Below are positions 16,369-25,013 of a stretch of 46,571 bases of DNA, one piece after another. Origin of the DNA: Vulcanimicrobiota bacterium (GTDB lineage Bacteria; Vulcanimicrobiota; Vulcanimicrobiia; Vulcanimicrobiales; Vulcanimicrobiaceae); NCBI GenBank assembly GCA_013044185.1, contig JABEUX010000022.1:1-46571 (forward strand), in the 5' to 3' direction. Numbering within the stretch: the first letter of the stretch is position 1; each line of letters starts with the position of its first letter. Made by a program: the position numbers and the translations under genes. Under the pieces are notes generated by a model. The model saw only the letters and a list, made by a program, of their open reading frames with translations, was not told the DNA's origin and searched no databases.

Positions 16369-17562
16369 TTACGGAAGGCGCGGGGCGGGATCGACGGGCT
16401 TCCCGTTGATCCGGATCTCGAAGTGAAGATGCGGCCCGGTCGAATAGCCGGTCGTCCCGACCGCACCGATCGCTTGCCCCTGCTTCACGTGCTGCCCCGC
16501 CGTGACGTAAAACGCCGAGAGATGGCCGTATGCAGTGGAGTAGCCGTCACCATTGTCGATGAGAATAAATTTACCATATCCGCCGTACCATTGCGCCATC
16601 ATCACCGTCCCCGAAGCGGCCGCCGTGATGGTGGTGCCCATCGGTGCGGCGATATCGAGCCCGGTATGAAACTCCGGCGCGCTCCCAAACGGGTTTTTGC
16701 GCCAACCGAACGGCGAGGTGATGATGCCGGTGACCGGCCAGGTAAAGTGGATCGGGCCATGAGGCGCGACGGCGTTGCCGGCGATGCCTGCGGCGCGGCG
16801 GCGAGCCGCTTCCTCGGCGGCGATCTCCGCCTGTCGGCGGCGAATGAGCGCTTCGAGCCGTGCCTCTTCCGCTGCGGTCAGTTCCTCGTAGGTCGCCACC
16901 TCAACGGCCGCGCTGCGGCGTTGCTGGTCGGCAACCGCGACGAGATTGCTGCGCTCCGCAGCGAGGGCGGCGAGCCGATTCTGCGCTCGCTGCTGCGCCT
17001 GCTGCTGCTCCTGGAGGGAGATTTGCATGCGTTGCAGATCGCGCTGAACGGTAGCAACCTTACGTTCGGCGTTGCGGCGGGCGATAACGGCCTTTTCGTT
17101 CGCTTTAATGAGCAGCTGCAAATCTTGCCAACGTTCGACGAAGTCGCTGAACGAACTAGCAGAGAGCAGCACGCTCAAATAATCGGGTTCGCCGTATTCG
17201 TAGATTCCAACCAGACGTTTGCGCAATAAGCCATCTTGGAAGGCGAGCGACTTTCGTGCCGCGGCAAGCTGGATGGAGTTCCAGGAAACGCGCGCCTGCA
17301 GCGAGCGTTCTTGCGCCGAAAGGAGGCCGAGTTGCGAGCGCACCGTCGACATCTCGCCATTGGTTCGAGCCAGCTGCGATTTAAGGCTCTGCACGCGTGC
17401 GGCGACCGCGTTGAGGTTCGCGCGTTTTGCCTGAAGCTTCTTCGCGAGCCCGCCCGCCTTCGTCCGTTCCTGCTGGATGCGCGTTTGAATCTGCGAGCGA
17501 CCGGCTCCAACGAACGATAGCAGCATCGCAACGGTAAGCGCGCATGAATAGAGGCGTTTCAC
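16369..17562 (-). CDS. M23 (LytM-type) peptidase with an N-terminal coiled coil, EnvC-like
   Basis: Signal peptide MKRLYSCALTVAMLLSFVGAGRS, then about 230 aa of heptad-like Q/A/R/L sequence. The LytM domain has an intact metal site: HTGLDIAAP (HxxxD) and GPHLHFEI (HxH). It sits immediately downstream of ftsEX. Confidence 0.85.
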   Translation of the reverse strand: MKRLYSCALTVAMLLSFVGAGRSQIQTRIQQERTKAGGLAKKLQAKRANLNAVAARVQSLKSQLARTNGEMSTVRSQLGLLSAQERSLQARVSWNSIQLAAARKSLAFQDGLLRKRLVGIYEYGEPDYLSVLLSASSFSDFVERWQDLQLLIKANEKAVIARRNAERKVATVQRDLQRMQISLQEQQQAQQRAQNRLAALAAERSNLVAVADQQRRSAAVEVATYEELTAAEEARLEALIRRRQAEIAAEEAARRRAAGIAGNAVAPHGPIHFTWPVTGIITSPFGWRKNPFGSAPEFHTGLDIAAPMGTTITAAASGTVMMAQWYGGYGKFILIDNGDGYSTAYGHLSAFYVTAGQHVKQGQAIGAVGTTGYSTGPHLHFEIRINGKPVDPAPRLP

Positions 17563-18515
17563 GTGCGTCGCTTGTCCTTTACGTAAGCGGATCCGTCGAT
17601 CGATTTCGCGTACGATTTCAATTCTGCGGCGATGAGGCCGATCTGCCCGTAATCGGTAAGTTTGCGACGTTCGTTGGAGAGTGCGGCGATCGAAATCGAC
17701 ATTAACGGGACGCGAACCGGCGAGCCGCGCCGATCGTGGGTGTCGACGAAGCCGGAACGCCGATCGCTTTCGGAATAGAGCGATCCGACGCGCTCGTCGA
17801 ACTCGCCTAAAATAAGCTGAGCGATTTCATCGCAGCGCTCGGAGGTGGTGAGAATCACGAAATCGTCGCCGCCGATATGCCCGAGCAGGTCGCCCGGGTT
17901 GCCGCGTCGCCGAACTGCGTCGAGCGCGATCGATGCGAGCATGACGGTCGCCTCGTCGCCGCGCCCGAAGCCATAAACATCGTTAAAGGCCTTGAAGTTG
18001 TCGAGATCGAGATAGAGGACCGCAAACGGCCGCTCCTCGGCGATGCGCCGCCGCAATTCCGCCTCGATGGAGATGTTCCCCGGCAGCCGCGTCAGGGGTG
18101 AGAGCGAGGAATCGGCTTCGTGCCGTACGATGCGCGCGCGCACCCGCGCGAGCAACTCCGCCGGCCCGAACGGCTTGGTGATGTAATCGTCGGCTCCCGC
18201 CTCGAAACCGAGAATTTTATCTTCGGGTTCTCCTCGCGCGGTAAGCATGACGATCGGCACCGACGCGACCGTCGGGTTGGGATGGGCGCGCAATCGTCGT
18301 GCGGTCGCAAATCCATCGAGGAGCGGCATGCGCACGTCGAGCAAGATGAGATCGGGCAGCGCATCTTCCACGTGCGAGAGTGCGTCTTCGCCGTCGGTGG
18401 AAATCTCGACGTTGTAGCCGGCGAGTTCGAGATTAGTGGAGATGATACGACGGAGTTGCTCGTCGTCGTCGACGACCAGAATCGTGTGCCCGGGTGCGCC
18501 AGCGGTACGACTCAT
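17559..18515 (-). CDS. Response regulator: receiver domain fused to a GGDEF-type domain with the non-canonical motif GGDDF
   Basis: Receiver: ILVVDDDEQ...LILLDVRMPLLDG...VMLTA...DDYITKPF. GGDEF-like: LTRLPGN..IEAEL...LYLDLDNFKAFNDVYGFGRGDE...LLGHIGGDDFVIL. The ATG at 18515 overlaps the ftsX stop (ATGA on the minus strand); the track's 18545 start lies inside ftsX. Confidence 0.8.
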   Translation of the reverse strand: MSRTAGAPGHTILVVDDDEQLRRIISTNLELAGYNVEISTDGEDALSHVEDALPDLILLDVRMPLLDGFATARRLRAHPNPTVASVPIVMLTARGEPEDKILGFEAGADDYITKPFGPAELLARVRARIVRHEADSSLSPLTRLPGNISIEAELRRRIAEERPFAVLYLDLDNFKAFNDVYGFGRGDEATVMLASIALDAVRRRGNPGDLLGHIGGDDFVILTTSERCDEIAQLILGEFDERVGSLYSESDRRSGFVDTHDRRGSPVRVPLMSISIAALSNERRKLTDYGQIGLIAAELKSYAKSIDGSAYVKDKRRT

Positions 18516-19393
18516 GCGCGCAGGTAGCGGCCGATCGAAAACCACGAGGAGAGCGCGCCGATCGCAACGCCGACGGCGAGCAGTTGGAGCGCGATAGGCA
18601 ATAGGGCAACGTGCGCGCTATTGAGTTCGAGCCACGGTAACGCCAGCGCGAGTTTCGACCATAGCGCGGCCTTGCCGATACCGAGAATTGCGAGCGCGAC
18701 GAGCGAGCCGACCAAGCCGTGCAGCACGCCTTCGCAGACAAACGGCATACGCACGTAGGTGGCGGTCGCGCCGACGAGCTGCATGATGGCAATCTCGCGA
18801 CGGCGCGCGAAGACCGTCAACCGAATCGTATTCGAGATGATGATCGACGCAACGAAAAGGAGTGCGACGATGAGAACGATGCTTACCCGCCGCAGTACGA
18901 CGCCGAGCTGCAGTAAACGGCCGACGATCGTCTTGCCGTAGACGACGTTTGCGACGCCGGGTTGCCCGCGTAACGCATCGGCGACGGCGGCGACCTCCGA
19001 CGGATCGGTCACCCGCACGCGAAATTTATCGGGGAGCGGATTCTGCGTGAGGATCGAAACGTCGATGGAACCCTGCGTCTGGCGGCGTAGTTGTTTGAGG
19101 CCCTCCGCCTTCGGAACGAAGGTGAATGCAGCGACGCGATTGTCGGCGCGCAGCACGTCGCGCAGGTGATTTTCCTGAGCGGCCGTGGCGGTCGTATGAA
19201 AGTACACCGATATCTCGATCTGTTTGAGCAGGCGATCTCCGACTCCGGCAAGCGTTAAACGCACGAAGAGGAAAAGACCTAACAAAACAACGGTCACCGC
19301 GACGGTTCCGATCGCGGTGGCTTGCATGCCGGCGTTGCGCGTGAAATTGCGCCCCACCTCACCCAGAAAGAACTTGACCTTGCCCCAGTCCAA
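18512..19393 (-). CDS. ftsX: Cell division ABC transporter permease-like protein FtsX
   Basis: FFLGEVGRNFTRNAGMQATAIGTVAV, then an extracytoplasmic domain of about 100 aa and three C-terminal TM helices with the REIAIMQLVGAT motif. It follows ftsE. Confidence 0.9.
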   Translation of the reverse strand: MDWGKVKFFLGEVGRNFTRNAGMQATAIGTVAVTVVLLGLFLFVRLTLAGVGDRLLKQIEISVYFHTTATAAQENHLRDVLRADNRVAAFTFVPKAEGLKQLRRQTQGSIDVSILTQNPLPDKFRVRVTDPSEVAAVADALRGQPGVANVVYGKTIVGRLLQLGVVLRRVSIVLIVALLFVASIIISNTIRLTVFARRREIAIMQLVGATATYVRMPFVCEGVLHGLVGSLVALAILGIGKAALWSKLALALPWLELNSAHVALLPIALQLLAVGVAIGALSSWFSIGRYLRA

Positions 19394-20069
19394 GATAATA
19401 AAATCCCCGCTCTTCGTCGGTGAAAATGCGCCCGTCTTCGAGCCGAACGACGCGCTTGCGCATCCGATCGACGACGGATTGGTTGTGCGTCGCTACCACG
19501 ACGGTCGTGCCTTTGGTGTTGATACGCAACAACAGATCCATAATCTCGGCCGTATTCTCAGGGTCGAGGTTGCCGGTCGGTTCGTCGCAGAGTAAGAGTT
19601 TCGGATTGTTGACGATCGCGCGAGCGATGGCGGTGCGTTGCTGCTCGCCGCCGGAGAGTTCGTTTGGGAACATGCGGCTCTTATGCGCGAGGCCGACTAA
19701 ATCCAACGTGCGCGGGACTTGCCGCTCGATCTCTCGCGTATGCGCTCCGGTGACGTGCATCGCAAAAGCAACGTTTTCCCAAACCGTTTTGTCGTTGAGG
19801 AGCTTAAAATCTTGAAAGATGACCCCGAGGTGCCGCCGTAGCGATGCCACCCGCGCCCCGCGAAGCTTGTCGACGCGGATGCCGTCGACGACGATTTCGC
19901 CGTGGCTCGGAATTGCATCGTGATAGAGCAACTTCAAGAGACTCGATTTGCCGGTTCCCGAACTGCCGACAAGAAAGAGGAAGTCCCCCTTCGCGATTTC
20001 GAGCGTGACGTTGTCGAGCGCTCGTACCCCGTTGGGATAGGTCAGGGAGACGTTGCGAATCGAGATCAT
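19359..20069 (-). CDS. ftsE: Cell division ATP-binding protein FtsE
   Basis: MISIRNVSLTYPNG..ALDNV. Walker A GSSGTGKSS. ABC signature LSGGEQQR. Walker B LLLCDEPTGNLD. H-loop VVVATHN. 35-nt overlap with ftsX. Confidence 0.95.
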   Translation of the reverse strand: MISIRNVSLTYPNGVRALDNVTLEIAKGDFLFLVGSSGTGKSSLLKLLYHDAIPSHGEIVVDGIRVDKLRGARVASLRRHLGVIFQDFKLLNDKTVWENVAFAMHVTGAHTREIERQVPRTLDLVGLAHKSRMFPNELSGGEQQRTAIARAIVNNPKLLLCDEPTGNLDPENTAEIMDLLLRINTKGTTVVVATHNQSVVDRMRKRVVRLEDGRIFTDEERGFYYLGLGQGQVLSG

Positions 20070-20114
20070 TGCTGGGAGAGGGGTTTTCCGGCGTCGGCAG
20101 CCTATACCTCCGGC

Positions 20115-21263
20115 ATGAACTTCGATTTAACCGACGAGCAGATTGCTATTTCGCGCCTTGCCCGCGAGTTCGCCACCGACGAGGTACGCCCACGTGCCGA
20201 GGAGATGGATCGCGAGGAGGCCTTCCCCTACGATCTCGTCGCCAAGATGGCAGAGCTCGGTTTCCTGGGGCTTCCCTTTCCCGAGGCCTATGGCGGGGCC
20301 GGCGCCGACACGGTGAGCTACGCTCTGGCGATCATGGAGATCGCGCGCGCCGACGCCTCGACGGCGATCACGATGGCCGCGCACGTCTCGCTCGGCGCGA
20401 CGCCGTTCTACCTCTTCGGCACCGAAGAGCAGAAGCAGCGCTACTTGGTGCCGCTCGCTCAGGGCAAGATGCTCTGGGGATTTGGGCTCACCGAGCCCGA
20501 GGCGGGGAGCGATGCGGGGAATTGCCGCACCACGGCGCGGCTGGAGAACGGGCACTGGCGGATCAACGGCACCAAAGCCTTCATTACCAACTCGGGGACC
20601 GATCTCAGCGGCGGAACCACGATTACCGCGGTTACCGATAAGCGTGCCGACGGTCGCTCGGAGATTTCGAATATCATCGTGCCGCAAGCGACCCCCGGCT
20701 TTACCCGCAGTAAAAAATACCGAAAGATGGGCTGGCGCGCCTCGGATACGCGCGAACTCTCGTTCGTCGACGCGAGCGTTCCCGAGGAGCATCTCCTCGG
20801 CAAGCGCGGCGAGGGGCTCAAGCAATTCCTGACCATTCTCGATGGTGGCCGTATCTCGGTCGCCGCACTGAGCGTCGGGCTCGCCATGGGCGCCTACGAC
20901 GAAGCGCTCGCTTATGCCAAAGAGCGCCGCGCCTTCGGACAGACGATCTCGAAGTTCCAGGCGATTCAATTCAAACTCGTCGACATGCTCTGCGAGATCG
21001 AACACTCTAAACTCATGGTGCTCAAGGCGGCGTGGGAGAAAGACAACAAGCGCGACTTTCTCCAGACGGCAAGCTTGGCAAAACTCTACGCCGGCGAAGT
21101 CTCTCGGCGGGTCGTCAACGAGGCGGTGCAGATTCACGGTGGGTACGGATTCATGGACGAGTATCCCGTCTCGCGGATGTATCGCGACCAAAAGATCAAC
21201 GAAATCGGCGAAGGCACGAACGAGGTGCAACGCGTGGTCATCGCTCGGCGGATGGGGCTCTAA
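20115..21263 (+). CDS. Acyl-CoA dehydrogenase (short/branched-chain type)
   Basis: MNFDLTDEQIAISRLAREFA.... Also GLTEPEAGSDAG, ITNSG, and a C-terminal QIHGGYGFMDEYPVSRMYRDQKINEIGEGTNEVQ containing the catalytic Glu context. ATG at 20115; the track's 19902 start overlaps ftsE. Confidence 0.9.
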   Translation: MNFDLTDEQIAISRLAREFATDEVRPRAEEMDREEAFPYDLVAKMAELGFLGLPFPEAYGGAGADTVSYALAIMEIARADASTAITMAAHVSLGATPFYLFGTEEQKQRYLVPLAQGKMLWGFGLTEPEAGSDAGNCRTTARLENGHWRINGTKAFITNSGTDLSGGTTITAVTDKRADGRSEISNIIVPQATPGFTRSKKYRKMGWRASDTRELSFVDASVPEEHLLGKRGEGLKQFLTILDGGRISVAALSVGLAMGAYDEALAYAKERRAFGQTISKFQAIQFKLVDMLCEIEHSKLMVLKAAWEKDNKRDFLQTASLAKLYAGEVSRRVVNEAVQIHGGYGFMDEYPVSRMYRDQKINEIGEGTNEVQRVVIARRMGL

Positions 21264-21338
21264 GCAAGCTATCGCCGCCTGAGCGCTCCGTGCCGTGCAA
21301 CCTCGTGCCCGTCGGCACCGTTACACGGCACGGAGGTA

Positions 21339-21899
21339 GTGACTATGCGTTCAACATTTTTTCGTTCGCTCGCGCTCGGCGCGCTGCTGCTCGGTATCCT
21401 GACCCCGGCCGCCCAGGCGGCGTTGCCGGTCGGTGCGAAGGCACCGATGTTTACGTTGCAGGCGACCAAAGGGGGGAAAGTTTTCCCGTTTTCGCTCGCC
21501 GCCGCGCTGAAAAAAGGCCCCGTCGTACTCTATTTCTATCCGGCGGCCTTCACGCCGGGCTGCACGATCGAAGCGCACGATTTTGCCGCCGCAATCGGTA
21601 AATATAAAGCGCTGCACGCGACGGTAATCGGCGTTTCCCACGACCCACTCGCGAAGCTGCAAAAATTCTCCGTCAGTGTGTGCCGCAGAAAGTTCGCCGT
21701 TGCCGCCGATACCAATCAGACGGTCATGAAGGAATACGATGCGATTCTTTCGGCGGATCCGCAGTATGCGAACCGGACGTCGTACGTTATTTCGCCGCAG
21801 GACCGGGTTATTTACACCTACACGAATTTGCAACCCGACAAACACGTTGCCAACACGCTCGCCGCGCTCAAGCGCTGGGAAGCGACGCACAAGATCTAG
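21339..21899 (+). CDS. Secreted peroxiredoxin (AhpC/TSA, BCP-like)
   Basis: Signal peptide MRSTFFRSLALGALLLGILTPAAQA. Peroxidatic Cys motif VLYFYPAAFTPGCTIEAHDF. The start may be GTG 21339 or ATG 21345. Confidence 0.8.
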   Translation: MTMRSTFFRSLALGALLLGILTPAAQAALPVGAKAPMFTLQATKGGKVFPFSLAAALKKGPVVLYFYPAAFTPGCTIEAHDFAAAIGKYKALHATVIGVSHDPLAKLQKFSVSVCRRKFAVAADTNQTVMKEYDAILSADPQYANRTSYVISPQDRVIYTYTNLQPDKHVANTLAALKRWEATHKI

Positions 21900-21905
21900 C
21901 GAGTA

Positions 21906-23180
21906 TTACCCAAGCGAACCATCTTGGAGCGCGATTCGGTCGCGCTCCTCTTCGCGTTGTAGTGCGAGCGCCGCTTCCTGCGCGCTGAGAGCGGTAATCG
22001 ACCCGGCGTTCGTTTCGATTCGGCCGATATCGCCTTGGGAGACCGCTTCGGGGTTCGCGGCTAATTTTGCAAGCTCTCGGCTTCCGGGAAGCAGGCGCGA
22101 TTCGTAGGAACCGATCGCTTTATTAAAGGCCGAGACGGAGGCATTCAGGTTCTTGCCGAGATCGTTGAGGTGATCGGAGAGAATCCGCACGCGGTCGAAG
22201 ACGACTCGCCCCTGCGCTGCAATCTCGCGGACGTTTTGCTCTTGTTTGAGGCTCTGCCAGACCATGCCGTACGATCGCAGCAGCGCCATAAACGTGAGCG
22301 GGCCGACGACGTAGACGGCCTTCTTTGCCGCAAATTCGATGATATCTTCGTCTTGTGAATAGGCGGCGCTGAGAAAGTTCTCGCCCGGAATAAACATCAC
22401 GACGAAATCGACGCTGCCGGGGATCGTTTGATACTTCGCTGCGGCGAGAGCGGTGATTCGCGATTTGAGGGCGTCGCCGTAGCGTTTGAAATGCGCGGCC
22501 TTCGCCGTTTCGTCCGTACTGTCGATCGCGTCGAGGTAGGCGTCGAGCGGAACTTTGGCATCGACGCAAATAAAACGATCGTTCGGCAATTTTACGATAA
22601 GGTCGGGTTGCTGAGCCTTATCGATACCGGCGAATCGCTTCTGTTCCTCAAAATCGCAATGCTCGAGCATTCCCGCTAATTCGCAGACGCGCCGGAGCTG
22701 AAGCTCTCCCCATCGTCCTCGCGTCTGCGGGTTACGGAGTGCCGAGGCGAGCTTCGTCGTTCGCTCCGAGAGCGTTGCGGCGGCGAGGCTCAACTCCCCA
22801 CCGCTCTTGGTGAGTTGCTCGACCTCTTTTCGGAGCTCGACGTAGGCGGTAAGGCGCTTTTGTTCGAGTTCGCGAACGTAAGCATCGACCTGCGTTAATT
22901 TTTCGCCGACCGGCGCGACGAGTTCGGAGAGTTTTGCCGCGATGCCGGCCTGCGTGGTATCCAACCGCTGCCCGGCGAGTGCGAGAAACTCGGTGCGTGA
23001 CGACTCGACGATCTCGCGCTGCGTCGCGGTCAGCTCGTTTTTTGCGCGTTCGAGCATGAGTTCGAATCGCGCGGCGGGATCTTGCGCATCTCGGTCGCGG
23101 TGACGGAGGAGCGCAGACGTGACGAGCGCCGTAACGGCAACGGCGACGACGATGATGAGAATAAAAAGTGAGGCAGCCAT
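21906..23180 (-). CDS. rmuC: DNA recombination protein RmuC
   Basis: N-terminal TM helix, then a long coiled coil, then the RmuC nuclease-like core: RGRWGELQLRRVCELAGMLEHCDFEEQ...PDLIVKLPNDRFICVDAKVPL...VMFIPGENF. Confidence 0.85.
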   Translation of the reverse strand: MAASLFILIIVVAVAVTALVTSALLRHRDRDAQDPAARFELMLERAKNELTATQREIVESSRTEFLALAGQRLDTTQAGIAAKLSELVAPVGEKLTQVDAYVRELEQKRLTAYVELRKEVEQLTKSGGELSLAAATLSERTTKLASALRNPQTRGRWGELQLRRVCELAGMLEHCDFEEQKRFAGIDKAQQPDLIVKLPNDRFICVDAKVPLDAYLDAIDSTDETAKAAHFKRYGDALKSRITALAAAKYQTIPGSVDFVVMFIPGENFLSAAYSQDEDIIEFAAKKAVYVVGPLTFMALLRSYGMVWQSLKQEQNVREIAAQGRVVFDRVRILSDHLNDLGKNLNASVSAFNKAIGSYESRLLPGSRELAKLAANPEAVSQGDIGRIETNAGSITALSAQEAALALQREEERDRIALQDGSLG

Positions 23181-23183
23181 ACC

Positions 23184-24014
23184 TTAGCGATTCGGAATTA
23201 GGTGGTTTTTAAAAAATTCGAGCGTTCGCTTCCACGCATCGCTTGCTGCCGCGGGCGCGAATGCCGTTCGGCGGTCGTCGAAGAAGTCGTGCCCCGCTGT
23301 TTGGTAAACGCGAAGATCGTTGGGAACGGTGAGGAGCGTTCGGAAAAAACGAACCTCGTCGGCCGATATAATGGAGTCGTGTTCGCCGTAACTTCCGCAG
23401 ACGGGGATGTGGATTTGATCGGGAGTGAGGTGTTCGACCGACCCGTAAAAGGGCGCGACGCAGGAAAATACATCGTTGTTATCGGCCGCCTGTAGCAATG
23501 CGTAACGCCCGCCGACGGAGAATCCGGTGATGCCGATAAGGCCTTGTGCGGATCGCGATTGCAGCCAGAGCGCCGCCGCGCGAATGTCGCCGTCGGCCTG
23601 TCGTCGCTCGATGCGTTTCGCGAACGTCTCAAACTTCGCGCGTTCGCAGGAGTCGTCGCCTTTCGGTGCGTCGAAGCGTGCATAAAGATCCGGTGCGACC
23701 GAAGAGAATCCCGCCTTCGCAAAGCGACGTACGATATCGCGTATCGTTGCATCGACGCCCCAGAGGTGCGGCAGCACGACGATTCCCGGCGTATTTGCAC
23801 GCACGGAGCGTGGGGTGGCGGTGTACACCCGCATCGTGGTGTCGAGCCGACGGAGTTCGATACTTTCGACGACGATTGCCGTATCGTGCTCCGAGACGTA
23901 GGGAAGGTGTGGGGGGGCGAGGCGCAGGTCGCTATCGTTCGCGCTCGACGTACGGCGAGGTGCGACGGCGTCGATGGCTTTGGCAAGCGCGGCTAAATCA
24001 TCGTCCTTCTTCAA
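23184..24014 (-). CDS. Dienelactone hydrolase family protein
   Basis: Alpha/beta-hydrolase layout: GIVVLPHLWGVD..IRDIVRRFAKAGFSSVAPDLY, nucleophile elbow GITGFSVGG, and a C-terminal GHDFFDD. 4-nt overlap with the upstream LysR gene. Confidence 0.75.
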   Translation of the reverse strand: MKKDDDLAALAKAIDAVAPRRTSSANDSDLRLAPPHLPYVSEHDTAIVVESIELRRLDTTMRVYTATPRSVRANTPGIVVLPHLWGVDATIRDIVRRFAKAGFSSVAPDLYARFDAPKGDDSCERAKFETFAKRIERRQADGDIRAAALWLQSRSAQGLIGITGFSVGGRYALLQAADNNDVFSCVAPFYGSVEHLTPDQIHIPVCGSYGEHDSIISADEVRFFRTLLTVPNDLRVYQTAGHDFFDDRRTAFAPAAASDAWKRTLEFFKNHLIPNR

Positions 24015-24964
24015 CGCCCACTCCTTCGACGTCGCTGTTTCAGCACCGTGGAGCGCGACCCTTTGCTGCCGTCGTTCTCGGCTTCGCCGAGAAGCGAGGT
24101 AATGAATGCCCGCGCGAGCGGGGCGAGCGGACGGTCGCGGCGCGAGAGCACGAAGAAATTGCGTTCGAGGGCGAGATCGTCGATAGCGACGGCGACGACG
24201 CGATGCAACGAGATCGCTCGTTCGACGACGAGTTCGGAGAGAACGGCGATCCCGAGCCCCGCCTCGACGGCGCGGACGATGCCTTCGCCGCTGGGAAGTT
24301 CGAGCGCGATCGGCGGCTCGATCCCCGCCGCGCGCAATGCATCGTAGCCGTGGTCGCGCGTGCCAGAGCCCGGTTCGCGGCTGACAAAGCGTTCGCGTGC
24401 GAGTTCGGCGGCGTGGAGCTCCGATCGACCGGCAAATGGATGCTGCGGAGGGACGATGAGGCGTAGATGGTCGTGCGCGAAGGGGCGCGTTTCGAGCTGC
24501 GGCTCCTCGATCGCTCCCTCGACCAGTCCGAAGAGCGACTCGCCACGCAGGACGAGCTGCGCGACTTCGTGGGTGTTCGCGATCCGCACGCGCGGCTCGA
24601 CCCCGGGGCGATCGCGGAGAAAGACCGCGAGGAGCTGCGGCACTAAATGGGTTCCGATGGTGCGCGTTGCCGCGAAATCCAGATGGCCGCTCCGAGCCGC
24701 GGCGTAGCCCTCGGCTTCGCGGAGCAGCGCCTCCGTATCGGCGAGGAGGGCGCGTGCCCGTGCGACGACCATCTGCCCCGCCTCGGTGAGCGCCGGGCGG
24801 CCATCCTCGCGGGAGAAAAGGGTAAGCCCGAGCGCGGTGGCGAGCGTGGCGAGTTGTTGGCTCACCGCAGGCTGGGAGATCCCCAGGGCGCGAGCTGCCT
24901 TTGAAAACGAACCGCGTTCGGCGACCGCGCAGAGCGTGTCAAGCTGCGAGAGTGAGATTTTCAT
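24011..24964 (-). CDS. LysR-family transcriptional regulator
   Basis: N-terminal wHTH LDTLCAVAERGSFSKAARALGISQPAVSQQLATLATALGLTLFSRE, followed by a LysR substrate-binding domain. It is divergent from the sulfur-type cluster. Confidence 0.9.
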   Translation of the reverse strand: MKISLSQLDTLCAVAERGSFSKAARALGISQPAVSQQLATLATALGLTLFSREDGRPALTEAGQMVVARARALLADTEALLREAEGYAAARSGHLDFAATRTIGTHLVPQLLAVFLRDRPGVEPRVRIANTHEVAQLVLRGESLFGLVEGAIEEPQLETRPFAHDHLRLIVPPQHPFAGRSELHAAELARERFVSREPGSGTRDHGYDALRAAGIEPPIALELPSGEGIVRAVEAGLGIAVLSELVVERAISLHRVVAVAIDDLALERNFFVLSRRDRPLAPLARAFITSLLGEAENDGSKGSRSTVLKQRRRRSGR

Positions 24965-25013
24965 AAGTTAAACTGATAGTCATGCGTCTATTGTGTTATT
25001 TGACTTATGACTA
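24965..25013. promoter_or_regulatory. AT-rich divergent promoter/operator region with nested dyads (candidate LysR operator)
   Basis: A 49-nt intergenic stretch that is markedly AT-richer than its surroundings. It contains ATAG-N8-CTAT (24976-24991) and TAGTCAT-N23-ATGACTA (24977-24983 and 25007-25013). LysR operators are dyads near the divergent promoter; the canonical T-N11-A spacing is not matched exactly. Confidence 0.35.
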
